A DNA stretch of 64,000 nucleotides from IMG/VR virus record IMGVR_UViG_3300047444_000174; one strand, written 5' to 3'. How positions within the stretch are numbered: position 1 is the stretch's first letter; each line of letters starts with the position of its first letter. A program made the translations under genes and the position numbers. This document shows positions 8,269 to 18,303 of this stretch, piece by piece. This DNA comes from an uncultured virus (IMG/VR IMGVR_UViG_3300047444_000174). Its lineage: Duplodnaviria; Heunggongvirae; Uroviricota; Caudoviricetes. The notes under the pieces were generated by a model. It was not told where the DNA came from, ran no database searches, and was given only the letters and a program-made list of their open reading frames with translations.

Positions 8269-8553
8269 TCAGGTGACTTGCAGCAGGAACCACTTTCGGT
8301 TCGTTGCTCCGGTGCTATCGGTGATGACGCAAGCGATTTCGTAGGCAACGCCAGTAGTCCCACCCGATAGCCAGAACACGACTTGCGTTCCTTCGATAAC
8401 ACCCGCTTGCGATAGCGTGATGCCGGTCGGAACGGTGATCGTCGCGGTGACTAGCGTTGCGCCGGGCGCCAACTCCGCAGCCCATTCGAACGCATAGGGA
8501 AGGTTCGCTATCGGGTCTTTCGGCGAGATACGATTGTTTGGAAGGCCAACCAT
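8269..8553 (-). CDS. Phage fibre-attachment adaptor-like protein
   Basis: KDP...PYAFEW...VFWLSGGT.G..Y.I.C.IT pattern. Confidence 0.65.
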   Translation of the reverse strand: MVGLPNNRISPKDPIANLPYAFEWAAELAPGATLVTATITVPTGITLSQAGVIEGTQVVFWLSGGTTGVAYEIACVITDSTGATNRKWFLLQVT

Positions 8554-8578
8554 AGTGAGTTCCTGGCCACGTGGCCTG

Positions 8579-10015
8579 TTATCCGACTTTGAACACTCGC
8601 GTCTCGGGCGGCACGACGTACGTCCGGTTCTCGCCAGCGACCGTGAATAACCGGTTCTCTGCGTAGACGTGGTAGATGTCCGCATCAAGGACGATAGGCG
8701 GAATCGAACGAGCTTCAACCGATGACGACAGCGCGCCTAGTCCGGCCGATATATAAGCGCTCTGCAAGCAGGCAAGCGAACCGGCCGACTGCAAGGCGCC
8801 TAGGGCGCCGGATGCTATTGCCCAATTGTTCGGGACAGCAATCACTGATGCACTGGATGACAGCGCACCAAGCGTTGATCCGACATTCGCCGCCAAATTC
8901 TGTGTCGCCGATCCCGCAGCAAGCAACGAAAGCGAACTGTTTGCCGCCGCGGAGCGATGCTGCGTTCCTGTGATGCCCGACGCAAGTGCGCCGAGTGCCG
9001 GCGAAGCCGCAGCGGACGATGCCTGCGCGGCCTGCCCACTTGAAGAAAGCGTCCCTAGAACTGAAGCTGCAACTGCCGTTGTGTTCGATGTGTTGCTTGC
9101 AATGACACTCGACGAGAATGCGCCAAGCGCACTGTTCGCAGTACTGGTCCGAGATTGAACGCCAGTGCCGCCAGACGACAAGGCGCCCATCACACTCGCC
9201 GCCGAAGCTATGCGCGACTGTGATGCGACTCCCTGCGAAGACAGGCCACCGAGCGACGACATCGAAACAGCCGCTGCGGCGATTACCGCTGTCGCAGAAG
9301 ATGCGAATGCCCCCAGTGTTCCGGAGGCCAATGCGGAACGGGATGAAGCGGCGGTAGCCGACGAGTTCAGACCTCCCAGCGTTCCGCTTGCGACTGCGCT
9401 ATTGCTCGCCGACGCAAGCACCTTCGCAGCCTGGACTGTGACGTTACAGAAATTCCCGGCACCCGCGTTGACCGTGGTTAGCGTAACTGCGAGGTTGAGC
9501 GTCTGACTCGCGCTGTTCGCGCTGTACGTGAGCGTCGTGAGGTAGTCAGTGGATACGCCAGCCGCTACACCAGTGGGCGTGTGCGTAACCGCAGTAGCAC
9601 TGCCGTCCGACAGTGTGGCGACCAGCTTCGCCGCAGCAGTATTCGCCCCGGTGTCGCCGCCGTACATCCCCCACGCAATGACGACTGTGCGTGTCGTGGT
9701 ATCGGCGGGGACGGTGAACTGAAGCCCATTGCCGACCACCGCCGAACCTGACGCCGGAGTGAAGATACCGTCCCCGCTGGTAGCGCTGGTGGTCGGCGTG
9801 CCGTCTGTCCACGTGACGCTGCGTACATCGGGCCCGTAACCGCCAAGCGTGACGCCAGTACCGATAGCGGTAGGCAAAGAGATGGTCGAGCCGCCGCCAC
9901 TCTTTCGGTTCGGGCTTGTCGCGCTCTGCGGGAACTGGATCCAGTCCGTCTGCGCGGGCGACGAGAGATTTACCGCGGACGTGTTGACAACGGTTGAACC
10001 GGATAGGCTACCCAC
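8579..10015 (-). CDS. Fibre-like protein: N-terminal beta-rich domain plus about 11 Ala/Ser/Gly repeats of about 21 aa
   Basis: Repeated (S/T)LG(A/G)L(S/A)S core. Confidence 0.65.
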   Translation of the reverse strand: MGSLSGSTVVNTSAVNLSSPAQTDWIQFPQSATSPNRKSGGGSTISLPTAIGTGVTLGGYGPDVRSVTWTDGTPTTSATSGDGIFTPASGSAVVGNGLQFTVPADTTTRTVVIAWGMYGGDTGANTAAAKLVATLSDGSATAVTHTPTGVAAGVSTDYLTTLTYSANSASQTLNLAVTLTTVNAGAGNFCNVTVQAAKVLASASNSAVASGTLGGLNSSATAASSRSALASGTLGAFASSATAVIAAAAVSMSSLGGLSSQGVASQSRIASAASVMGALSSGGTGVQSRTSTANSALGAFSSSVIASNTSNTTAVAASVLGTLSSSGQAAQASSAAASPALGALASGITGTQHRSAAANSSLSLLAAGSATQNLAANVGSTLGALSSSASVIAVPNNWAIASGALGALQSAGSLACLQSAYISAGLGALSSSVEARSIPPIVLDADIYHVYAENRLFTVAGENRTYVVPPETRVFKVG

Positions 10016-10038
10016 AGTGAACCCTCAAACGTGAGTTA

Positions 10039-10602
10039 TCAGACCGCAGGCATCTTCATCGTCTGCGACACACTGACGGGGACGCCCAATTGAATAATCG
10101 GGTTAGAAATCAGGACGTCGAAAAGCTGGCCGGCGCCCTGATACGTCCAGACAGCAGTGCCGTCGGTAAAGGTCGTCGTGCCACTCGGCGTTGTGGTGCT
10201 CGACGTGCCAGCAGTCGTGCATTTGTACGTATTGCCGCTGGATGCACAGTACTGGCCAAGCACCACGGCCTGCGAGGCGATCCATGCGGAGCCGACCGTG
10301 AAGTCACCCTCAACCGTGGTGCCATCCGACTTGTAGCCGCGGGCAAAAGTGCATGAGCCGCCAGCAACCGGGTTATACGAGCCCGCGGTGAAACTCGCGG
10401 TCGAAACCATATTCGAAGCGCTGAAAGAAGGCGCACCGTAGGCGGTTGCCGAATAGACGCCAGTGCATAACGTCGTGTTGCCGCTAAGCGCCGTTTCGGG
10501 GGTCGCGGGCATCGTCCCCGTCAGGAAAACCAGTGAGCCACTGTTGTAGAGGGCGCAGTAAGCGGACAGGGCTACGCCCACACCAGACTGGGAAGCGTTC
10601 AT
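10039..10602 (-). CDS. Virion fibre subunit-like protein with inserted small carbohydrate-binding-like module
   Basis: GSLVFLTGTMPATPETALSGNT; insert AW.AS..V.LG...YKCTTAGTS...TDGTAVW.Y. Confidence 0.6.
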   Translation of the reverse strand: MNASQSGVGVALSAYCALYNSGSLVFLTGTMPATPETALSGNTTLCTGVYSATAYGAPSFSASNMVSTASFTAGSYNPVAGGSCTFARGYKSDGTTVEGDFTVGSAWIASQAVVLGQYCASSGNTYKCTTAGTSSTTTPSGTTTFTDGTAVWTYQGAGQLFDVLISNPIIQLGVPVSVSQTMKMPAV

Positions 10603-10697
10603 TCATTGGCTCCAGAAACGAAAACGCCCGCGCATGGCGGGCTGGATGAGTTTTATGCGTGAGACGAATATTTGTTGATTATTCGTTTGGCAGATAT

Positions 10698-11144
10698 TTA
10701 CGCGGGCATCAGACCGGTCTCCATTGCCGTGCACAGGCGTACCGCTCGATCGCCTACCTGGCCATACCAGTCGCTGGCCTTCATTCCGGCAGCAGCGACG
10801 GCATACGAACCCCGCTGCATGGCCGCAAGCGTGTTCTTGAAGCCAAGTAATTTACCGATACCGAGGTTGAAGCACATGTTCGCAATGACGCGCTGGCGAA
10901 CCTCGTCGAGCTGGCGCCACCAAGGAAGGTTGCGATCCAGATTGGCGAACGTGTCGGCGATGTCTTGCTCGAGCAGTTGGGTGACCTGTGCTGGCGTCAG
11001 CGGGTAGGCCCAGTTCGACGGCAAAGGCTTGGCTTGCAGGTTATGGCCGACGCCGGTCGTCTGAATGCCCTTTGTGTCCTTGTACGGCCAGTAGCGCACG
11101 CCTTCATCGCGGCGCAGTTCGGCCTCGATAAGTGTGGTGTTCAT
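10698..11144 (-). CDS. Endolysin, T4-type lysozyme (GH24)
   Basis: DEG.R..PYKDTKGIQTTGVGH (E/D/T triad), NMCFNLG, W..QVG.RA. Confidence 0.93.
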   Translation of the reverse strand: MNTTLIEAELRRDEGVRYWPYKDTKGIQTTGVGHNLQAKPLPSNWAYPLTPAQVTQLLEQDIADTFANLDRNLPWWRQLDEVRQRVIANMCFNLGIGKLLGFKNTLAAMQRGSYAVAAAGMKASDWYGQVGDRAVRLCTAMETGLMPA

Positions 11145-11443
11145 CCTTGCCCCGGCCAGCGACCATGCATAAGACCCCAGACCGCCGCCGCAAACGCGAT
11201 GAACGGGCCAAACCACACAACCAGTTTCCGAAGCACCCGCCCGGTCGCCGTGAAGAATCCAATCCCACCCTTGGCAAGCTTCAGCAGTTCGACCAACTCC
11301 TGAGTGTTCGACTCGACGCGCAACGTCGCCTCAGTGTTTGCGGACAGCTCGCCGCGCCAGTCAAAGATCTGTTGCTCGATCGTGCTCATGCGCTGCTCCA
11401 GGGCGGTGATACGGTCATCGCCGTGCGGGTGTGGATGGTTCAA
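11141..11443 (-). CDS. Holin-like protein (coiled coil plus C-terminal TM)
   Basis: Overlaps endolysin start; C-terminal hydrophobic helix. Confidence 0.6.
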   Translation of the reverse strand: MNHPHPHGDDRITALEQRMSTIEQQIFDWRGELSANTEATLRVESNTQELVELLKLAKGGIGFFTATGRVLRKLVVWFGPFIAFAAAVWGLMHGRWPGQG

Positions 11444-11460
11444 AGGAGAGCCCCGGAAAT

Positions 11461-11526
11461 GAAAAAAGCCGCTCGAGGGCGGCTTATGGTCTGGTCTGAA
11501 TGTAAAAAAACCGCCCGGAGGCGGCC
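11461..11526 (-). terminator. Two tandem terminators after the membrane-protein gene
   Basis: Two GC hairpins each followed by a T-run on the minus strand. Confidence 0.6.
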
Positions 11527-11545
11527 TATTGCGGATGTGGCGCAG

Positions 11546-13312
11546 TTAGTGTTGTGTGTCGAACCACGACGAAGGGACGACCACGGAATCAGGCGATGGA
11601 TTCACCGGCGTTGGGATGTCTTTCACCGCAATATTCGAATAGCGGTTGAACGCCGTGTTGAAAGTCTCGGCGTCGACCTTGTCGCGAAACTGATTCCAGA
11701 ACTGCCATTGCGGGACGGCGGTCGTGTAGGCAATCGACTTGAACCCGAGCCCGTTCTGCACCGAACCGAAGAAAAACTGCTTCACTAGATACCCGGTTTT
11801 CGGATCAACTGCGGCGCGCATCTGCGCCACGACGGGCGTTTCTTCACGGTTAAAGATCGGCCACGCCTGCTGCAACGGGTTGAACCGGCCGATGACCAAC
11901 GCCGCAGTTATGACCGATGCGGCGAGCAGTGGCACGGCCGGATCGATCTTCGTGTGGCGAGCGACCAGATAGGCGGCAATGGCAAACGGGATGATGAGCA
12001 GGTCGATCAGGTTCGGCCAGAACGGCACTGAGACCCGAGCCTTGAATGCCATCCAGCCGACCACGACAGCCGCGACGAAGGTAACGATGCGCGCGGGCGT
12101 GATCGAGAAGCCCGTACGCACGACCACATGCACCGCGAAGATGAGCAGCAGCACACCTTGCGCGTACTGCATGCGGCTCGGTTGAACGTTCTCCCACAGC
12201 AGCAGCCGGCCGATGGACGGCGGGATGGGCAGCAGTTCCCACGCGAGCATCATCGCCAGCGCGATACCGAGAATGAGCGAGCGGCGCAGGAACAGCCGGT
12301 CTTTCACTGCGGCTGGCAGATTGCGATAGTTCGCAAAGCATATGGCCAGCAGGACAAAGAACACGCCGAACGTTCCCGCCTCGCAGATGTTCGAGTTCGG
12401 CACCAACTCGTGCAGATGCCCGTCAAACATCGCGAAGGGGAAGATCTGCGACGCAGCCTGGCGCCAGCCCACACCGCCGCCCATGACGACGCGCCCGCCC
12501 GGATACAGCGTCTTCATCGTGGCGAGCAGATAGTCCTTCAGGTAGAACACCGTCGTGGCCGCTGACGCGCCGGCCGCAACCAGCAGCCCGATAAACGGAG
12601 CCGGGCGAAGCCACTCCCTGCCGTAAGCCAGCACGAAGACTGCGCCGACGAATGCAACCGAGACGATGTACGGCGGGTAGAACATCTCGATCATCATGCT
12701 GGTGAGCAGCCAGTAAAACAGCAGCAGGCGCCCCCACTTCGGAATGCGGTGCACGAATAGAACGGCCATGGCAGCGCCGTAGAGCGCGAACAGCACGCCC
12801 TTGTCGGTCCACCAGAACTGTGAGTAGGCGGTGAAGTACGAGCAGAAAGCCAGCAGAACAGACGCCGCGCGCCCAGCGCCTATGACCCGGAACAGGTACG
12901 TATAGCCAAGGATGAACAGGGCGAATACAGCGAAATAGTGGAAGGAGAACGCGTAGGCCGGGTTGACGAAGCGGTACAGCATCATCGTCGGCTTGAAGAA
13001 CCAGCCCCAGTCGTTGATCGGCACCGCAAACGCGATGCGCATATCATCGTTGTAGGGCGACGTCTTGTTATAGCGCTCGAGGTGATTGTTGACCGATCCC
13101 GCAGTCAGCGATGTGATGACCGCCCATTCATCCGACCGGATCGGTCTGGGCTCGCCAGCCACGATGCCGGTGTTGTTTGCGTGGAGCGCGTGCAGCACAA
13201 GCCCGTATGACGACGGCGACCACGTTTGCGAGACATACACCACTCCCAGGAGCGCAATGGCGATCGGGAGCAACCATCGAAACGTGCAAAAACGCTTGAT
13301 ATATGTTGGCAT
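11546..13312 (-). CDS. Polytopic membrane protein, putative GT-C-type glycosyltransferase (surface-conversion moron)
   Basis: About 12 hydrophobic segments; RSDEW acidic motif in first large loop; own terminators; sits between fibre and lysis genes. Confidence 0.6.
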   Translation of the reverse strand: MPTYIKRFCTFRWLLPIAIALLGVVYVSQTWSPSSYGLVLHALHANNTGIVAGEPRPIRSDEWAVITSLTAGSVNNHLERYNKTSPYNDDMRIAFAVPINDWGWFFKPTMMLYRFVNPAYAFSFHYFAVFALFILGYTYLFRVIGAGRAASVLLAFCSYFTAYSQFWWTDKGVLFALYGAAMAVLFVHRIPKWGRLLLFYWLLTSMMIEMFYPPYIVSVAFVGAVFVLAYGREWLRPAPFIGLLVAAGASAATTVFYLKDYLLATMKTLYPGGRVVMGGGVGWRQAASQIFPFAMFDGHLHELVPNSNICEAGTFGVFFVLLAICFANYRNLPAAVKDRLFLRRSLILGIALAMMLAWELLPIPPSIGRLLLWENVQPSRMQYAQGVLLLIFAVHVVVRTGFSITPARIVTFVAAVVVGWMAFKARVSVPFWPNLIDLLIIPFAIAAYLVARHTKIDPAVPLLAASVITAALVIGRFNPLQQAWPIFNREETPVVAQMRAAVDPKTGYLVKQFFFGSVQNGLGFKSIAYTTAVPQWQFWNQFRDKVDAETFNTAFNRYSNIAVKDIPTPVNPSPDSVVVPSSWFDTQH

Positions 13313-13540
13313 TGCGGTTGAATTCAGGCGTGAGAAGCGGGATGATACCGCAAGCCAACGAACATTCCTTACTGGACTGACAGCAATGGGAAATATAACG
13401 ACCCTGAAAGTATGTTTCGAATCAGCGCGCCGGAAGTACGGTATCCCGGCGCTCTGCGCGTTTTCAGTAGTCGCACTTGGTTACGGCGCGCTGCTTTACT
13501 ACATATCTCAAGGAACTGGCGGCCTCTAAAAGAATGTCTT

Positions 13541-14728
13541 TTAGCGGCGACGACGCGCCCAGATGGTCCCGCCGACAGTCATCGTCCCTGCGAAAGCTGG
13601 GGCAGAAGTCAGATACAAGGTGGCAGAGGAGGCCAATTTCAGTGGGAACGAAGGACATGGCATTTCAACGCCAGCAGTGGTACTTATGCCGCCGAGTAAT
13701 ATGCGCTGCCCTATCGGCGCCTGCGCGCCGGAAGTCGTTGTGAGCCCGAAATTGAGGGATGTAGTTCCGGATGAGGCAGAGCCTGTCCATGAGCACGTCA
13801 CATCCCAATCGCCTGCTGTTAAAGGCACTGAAGTAACGTTCGTCAATACCGTGGTTGTCTGTGCCACCCCCGAGCCTGTAGCGGTGATGGTTTCCCCAAC
13901 GCTTCCGGCCTGCGCGCTGTCATTCGTCGTCGTGCCCACGATGCCCGCAGTGCTCGACGGTGTGATCGTGCTCGTCGCCTGAAGCGTGGTGAACTTGCCA
14001 GTGCCCGGCGCCGTACCGCCGATCGCGGGCGGCGATGCCAGATACGTGCTGAACCCAGTACCACTGACCGTACTGCTCGCCGCGAGCGTGGTGAACGAGC
14101 CGGTGCTGCCGCTGATGGGGCTGTTCGCTATGCCATCCGTCATCGTGACCATGCCGGTCGAGCGTGTAATCACGAACGGGTTATCAATGCTTGCGCCAGC
14201 GTCCGTATAGCGCGTGATCTGGAAGTTCGAACCGACGTTCGAACCGCTGTTTGTCACGTTGTTACGGACGACGCCCCACATCGTGACGCCACCAGCCTGC
14301 AAATATAGATCGGCGGTGTTCGCATTCACCGCATTGACGGTCAGCGTGCCGTCACCGGAAGCAGGCGAGACCGAGACGGCACCCGAGAACGTCGCCCCCG
14401 TCAGCGAAGCCGAGTTCGAATAACACGTGAACCCCGTGCCGCTCGTGTATTGCAGCGCGCTGGTCGAAGTCGAGCAGTTCGGCATGGCGAATGCCGTGGG
14501 CGATGCGCTTGACGCAGTGGCGTTGGCGAGTACCGTGTTGGCCGCAATCGCTGCGATGCCATTGACTCCTATACCTCCCCATGCTGGCGGCGTCGATGCG
14601 CCGGTCGAGACAATAGTCTGCCCGCTGGCCGAACCCGCCGGATTTAATAACTGGACAGGACTGAGCGTGACTGCGTTGGCGGCCAGAGCATAAAACGCCA
14701 GCGCGATAGAGAGAAGAATTCTTTTCAC
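13541..14728 (-). CDS. Tail fibre/spike-like protein with N-terminal signal-peptide-like leader
   Basis: Gly/Ser/Thr-rich; GSNFQITRYTDAG fibre-like segment; [19 protein letters not shown] leader. Confidence 0.65.
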   Translation of the reverse strand: MKRILLSIALAFYALAANAVTLSPVQLLNPAGSASGQTIVSTGASTPPAWGGIGVNGIAAIAANTVLANATASSASPTAFAMPNCSTSTSALQYTSGTGFTCYSNSASLTGATFSGAVSVSPASGDGTLTVNAVNANTADLYLQAGGVTMWGVVRNNVTNSGSNVGSNFQITRYTDAGASIDNPFVITRSTGMVTMTDGIANSPISGSTGSFTTLAASSTVSGTGFSTYLASPPAIGGTAPGTGKFTTLQATSTITPSSTAGIVGTTTNDSAQAGSVGETITATGSGVAQTTTVLTNVTSVPLTAGDWDVTCSWTGSASSGTTSLNFGLTTTSGAQAPIGQRILLGGISTTAGVEMPCPSFPLKLASSATLYLTSAPAFAGTMTVGGTIWARRRR

Positions 14729-15990
14729 TGCGAGCCTCCGCCTACGGTATTGCCGCCACTGGCATTCGAGACGTCTGTTGTGTTTCCGTTGTAGGTGTTC
14801 GACTGAACGTTCACGCCGCCCGTAGTGGCGTCCAACTTAACGCCCGTCACCAGCCTGTAAAATACATTTCCGGTAATGACGCCAGACGATGACGAAGGAC
14901 CGGAAAGACTTATACCCACCGAATTGGCGCTGAGGTTCCCGCCAAAATTGTTCCCGGAGATCGTGTAAAGGCCTGGGCTTCCGATTGTGACTCCAGTCGA
15001 CCCGGGCACAACCATTCCGAATAGATTGCCGATGATTTGTGTAGCCGGCACGTTCTCGAGAAGCGCGATGCCGTTCGAAGTCGTATTGAACTGGCTGTTG
15101 GTGACCGTGAGCTGGTCCAGAGCAACTGCTGTGTTCGGCGTGATCAGACCGGTGCTGCCGCCAGTAAAATTGCACTGGTTGACCGTTACACCCTGAATAT
15201 AGTTGCCATAGAAAATGCCGAATGTATTCCAGTTGAATGTGCTTGTCTGGAAGTTGTACGCCACCCCCGGCGCTGTCGCGGTGCTTGTCAGTTGTACGCC
15301 ATTTCCGCCTACCGTGGACGGGCCACTCACAAATAGATTCGTGAAGTTGATGTTAGAGACACTCTTTACGGTAACGCAGTCGCTCCAATAAAAACTCTGG
15401 AGATAGCCGTCAATGCCACGGCAGGTAACATTGGTGATGTCTGAAGGCGCGGTATTGGCTGGGTTTGAAAGAGTCGCAGTAGTCTGGTTGAGCGTTATGG
15501 CATCGCCGGTCAACGTAGTGCCGGCGAGAAACGTCATATCTCGGATATGCACCGATGCCGAACTGCCAGTCACATTCAGCGTTGTTCCACCGTTCCCCGC
15601 CCATGAAAGGTAGGTCACATCCGGGCCGGCACCTAATAGCGTAAGTGAACCTCCTGCAGGAATGGTGTATGTATAAGCGCTGGCGAAAGCGTAAATGCCC
15701 GCGGGCAAATAAACGCATGCCTTACCAGATGGGGATGCGCCAATCGCACTGGTAAGCGCAGACGAGTTGTCTACCACGCCGCCATTATTTCCGCCAAAAT
15801 CCAGGATGGATGGGCACGCTGCATGTTTCGCCACGAATGCGGTGGTGGCGAGTTGTGTAGTGTTGGTCCCCACGACAGGGGTCGGCGCAGTCGCAGTGCC
15901 ATTGACGACCAGATTCTGGACCTTGAATGTTTGTGCCTGGACGGATGCAGAGAGAAGAAGTGCGAAGACGAGAGTGAATAGTTTTTTCAT
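14725..15990 (-). CDS. Beta-helix tailspike/depolymerase-like protein with signal-peptide-like leader
   Basis: [18 protein letters not shown]...VYLPAG.Y (pectate-lyase-3-like start) and Asn-ladder repeats; [19 protein letters not shown] leader. Confidence 0.75.
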   Translation of the reverse strand: MKKLFTLVFALLLSASVQAQTFKVQNLVVNGTATAPTPVVGTNTTQLATTAFVAKHAACPSILDFGGNNGGVVDNSSALTSAIGASPSGKACVYLPAGIYAFASAYTYTIPAGGSLTLLGAGPDVTYLSWAGNGGTTLNVTGSSASVHIRDMTFLAGTTLTGDAITLNQTTATLSNPANTAPSDITNVTCRGIDGYLQSFYWSDCVTVKSVSNINFTNLFVSGPSTVGGNGVQLTSTATAPGVAYNFQTSTFNWNTFGIFYGNYIQGVTVNQCNFTGGSTGLITPNTAVALDQLTVTNSQFNTTSNGIALLENVPATQIIGNLFGMVVPGSTGVTIGSPGLYTISGNNFGGNLSANSVGISLSGPSSSSGVITGNVFYRLVTGVKLDATTGGVNVQSNTYNGNTTDVSNASGGNTVGGGSQ

Positions 15991-16847
15991 ACAGGTGATC
16001 CTGCTGCGTTGATCCACCCCGTTGGGGAAGATGCTTTCGACCAGATTGGAATGCCCAGCGCGTCATCGCCCCAGAATTGCCAGTCATAACTAGGTGTCGG
16101 ACGAACGGTTCCGTGTTGCGGAGATAGCTGAAGTGGTCCGACAGAGCCGAACGAGGGAACGCCGATGGTGCGTACAAGGCCGCCGATTACGGCGACCGTT
16201 TGAATTCCAACCGGGATAGTAGGATTGAAGCCAAGCACCCGGCCGACCAATGAATAGTCGTTCTGAAATGCGGTATCGAAAAGCACCAGGATGTTGTTGA
16301 TCGAGCCGTATGTGCCGGCCAATGTGATACTTGTGGTTGTGCCTGGGACGAATTGTGTGGCGCCAGCCGAACTCATCGACTCACTGGACACCGTTTGCGA
16401 AACGCTCACGGTGTAAGTTCCCGTTCCCCCAGCGCCGGTCCCGAGACCGGTGATCGTCGTGCCCGCAGTAATGCCGGCACCGTATAGCGTCTGCCCAATC
16501 GCGAGAGTTCCACTGGAGACCGAGGTAACCGTCAGCGTTACCCCAGAAATCGATCCGGTAAATGACGGACCCGGCGTAAAAACTTCGCGCGCCGCATTGG
16601 TGAGAGTCAGATCATTGACGGTCGCATAAACCAGTGCTCCGCTCTGCAGGATCGCCAACTTCTCCACGCCGGTCAGCGCATTGCGAGCAGGAAGATTCGC
16701 GGGATTGACCTTCGCGTTCACATAGGAAGCCAGATTTGCGGCTGGCATCGCTGCTTCTGTGCCGTTCTGCGATGCGTAATACAGGTCTGCATCATTTGGC
16801 GTACCGGCAGATGGGAATTGTTTAAGCTGCTCGCCAGTGACAGTCAT
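15987..16847 (-). CDS. Tail fibre/branching-type virion protein
   Basis: FTGSISG.TLTVT...GGTGTYTVS module; position in fibre cluster. Confidence 0.6.
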   Translation of the reverse strand: MTVTGEQLKQFPSAGTPNDADLYYASQNGTEAAMPAANLASYVNAKVNPANLPARNALTGVEKLAILQSGALVYATVNDLTLTNAAREVFTPGPSFTGSISGVTLTVTSVSSGTLAIGQTLYGAGITAGTTITGLGTGAGGTGTYTVSVSQTVSSESMSSAGATQFVPGTTTSITLAGTYGSINNILVLFDTAFQNDYSLVGRVLGFNPTIPVGIQTVAVIGGLVRTIGVPSFGSVGPLQLSPQHGTVRPTPSYDWQFWGDDALGIPIWSKASSPTGWINAAGSPV

Positions 16848-16895
16848 GTCGGTTCCGGAAATAAAAAACCGCCCGGAGGCGGCTTATGCTGTTGT

Positions 16896-17315
16896 CTACG
16901 TGCCAGACGGATATGGAGGTTTTGGCGGTAGTCCCTGCGATGGGTCGCCAGACGCTGCGCCAACGACCTCGCGGAGCGCCTGGCGATATGCGGCCCATGC
17001 GTGTGGTACGACCACTCCGTTCTCGTAGCACCGCAAGATTGTGGTGTCCGAGGCGTCAAGGGCCGCTTTGGCGTTGACCTGATGGACAGCCCATGCAGTT
17101 GCGGCCCGCTGTGCGGAAATCTGGGCCGCTGAAGCTTGAATCGGCGCTACAAGTTCGCCGCTGTCCACTGTCCAACCTGGGTTGCCGATGCAGGTTTGCC
17201 ACTGCGCGTCAGAGATGCCGATAACCTCTGTACCTCTCGGCGCCGGACTGTCGATGCTGTCATAAAACGCGGTGATCGCACCTGTGGAGTCATACGCTGC
17301 GTATTTCTGACCCAT
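16896..17315 (-). CDS. Tail fibre assembly chaperone
   Basis: FYD...IS..QW and W..YRQALR...P..P motifs; follows fibre gene. Confidence 0.75.
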   Translation of the reverse strand: MGQKYAAYDSTGAITAFYDSIDSPAPRGTEVIGISDAQWQTCIGNPGWTVDSGELVAPIQASAAQISAQRAATAWAVHQVNAKAALDASDTTILRCYENGVVVPHAWAAYRQALREVVGAASGDPSQGLPPKPPYPSGT

Positions 17316-17317
17316 GA

Positions 17318-18241
17318 TTAGTTTCCGATTGCAATGTAGGTGCTACCAAGCCCAGCAGCCGTCGTCCCTGACAAACCCCACACGGAATACGGGAAACCAG
17401 TTTTGGTGAGTGTACTGGCAGAAATCGAGGGGAAATTGGCTGAGCCGGCTGTCGTGGCACCAAGCGTTACAGCAAACACGTTGTTAGGAAATGCTATCGG
17501 GAACGTAATCGTGCTACCGCCGACCACCGATGCGCCCGTACCACCCCACTGAACGATCAATCCGTTTGGCAACTTCGTGTAACCGTTGGCTGCCGCGAGC
17601 GAAGCAAATTGCCCGAGGTTCACTGCGTGATTGGTTTGGGTTCCTGCTGCAACCTGCTGAGAGCCGCCGACACACTCATACAGAATCCAGCACAGGTTTC
17701 CGCCATTGAGCAGCGGTGAGACAAAGGAAACCAACGTTGCTAGGCCATTAGTGGGCAATTCACCGCCTTGCAATGCAGAGCCGGCCAGGCCATAAATTGG
17801 CGCAGCAGTTAAACCATCCGGTGCGTAGGTAGATGCGCCCGTATTGGCATGCGCAATGGCAACTTTCTGTGCAAATCCACTGGCCGTGGGCAGAGCTGCA
17901 AGGGGCGCAGGATTGGCTGCTGCATAGGCATTCGCCGTACCTGTATCGGTCAGGATGGTTGCCGTTCTGGCGGCGGCCGAAACTGCCGCTTGCAGGTTAG
18001 CCAACAGAGTTGCTGTCGTGCCGTCGTCGATAGCAGTGTGACCACTGTTATTCACGATGAACGAAGCAAGCACGGCAGCCATGATGCTGCTTTGACGCCA
18101 TACCTTGTTGAGTTGCGCCGACTGTGCGATGCCGGACGAGAAGCCGCCTGTTTGCCAGGTCGCTCCGAGATAGGAGGCTTGCGGGACTACGTTGGATCCG
18201 GATGCCCCGGCGAATACGAGAAAGTCGTTCTCTAAAGCCAT
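17318..18241 (-). CDS. Tail fibre protein
   Basis: NDFL.FA...GF.SG.A.SAQLNKVWRQ N-terminus; GYTKLPNGLIVQWG...TFPIAFPN C-terminus. Confidence 0.85.
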   Translation of the reverse strand: MALENDFLVFAGASGSNVVPQASYLGATWQTGGFSSGIAQSAQLNKVWRQSSIMAAVLASFIVNNSGHTAIDDGTTATLLANLQAAVSAAARTATILTDTGTANAYAAANPAPLAALPTASGFAQKVAIAHANTGASTYAPDGLTAAPIYGLAGSALQGGELPTNGLATLVSFVSPLLNGGNLCWILYECVGGSQQVAAGTQTNHAVNLGQFASLAAANGYTKLPNGLIVQWGGTGASVVGGSTITFPIAFPNNVFAVTLGATTAGSANFPSISASTLTKTGFPYSVWGLSGTTAAGLGSTYIAIGN

Positions 18242-18303
18242 GAATGCTCCGAGCAGGCAATAAAAAAGCCGCCCGGAGGCGGCTTGCAAGATTTAAATTT
18301 GTG

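Noticed and set aside
13541..18241. Diversity-generating retroelement or invertible fibre cassette
   Set aside because: No reverse transcriptase, invertase or template/variable repeat pair found in the window.
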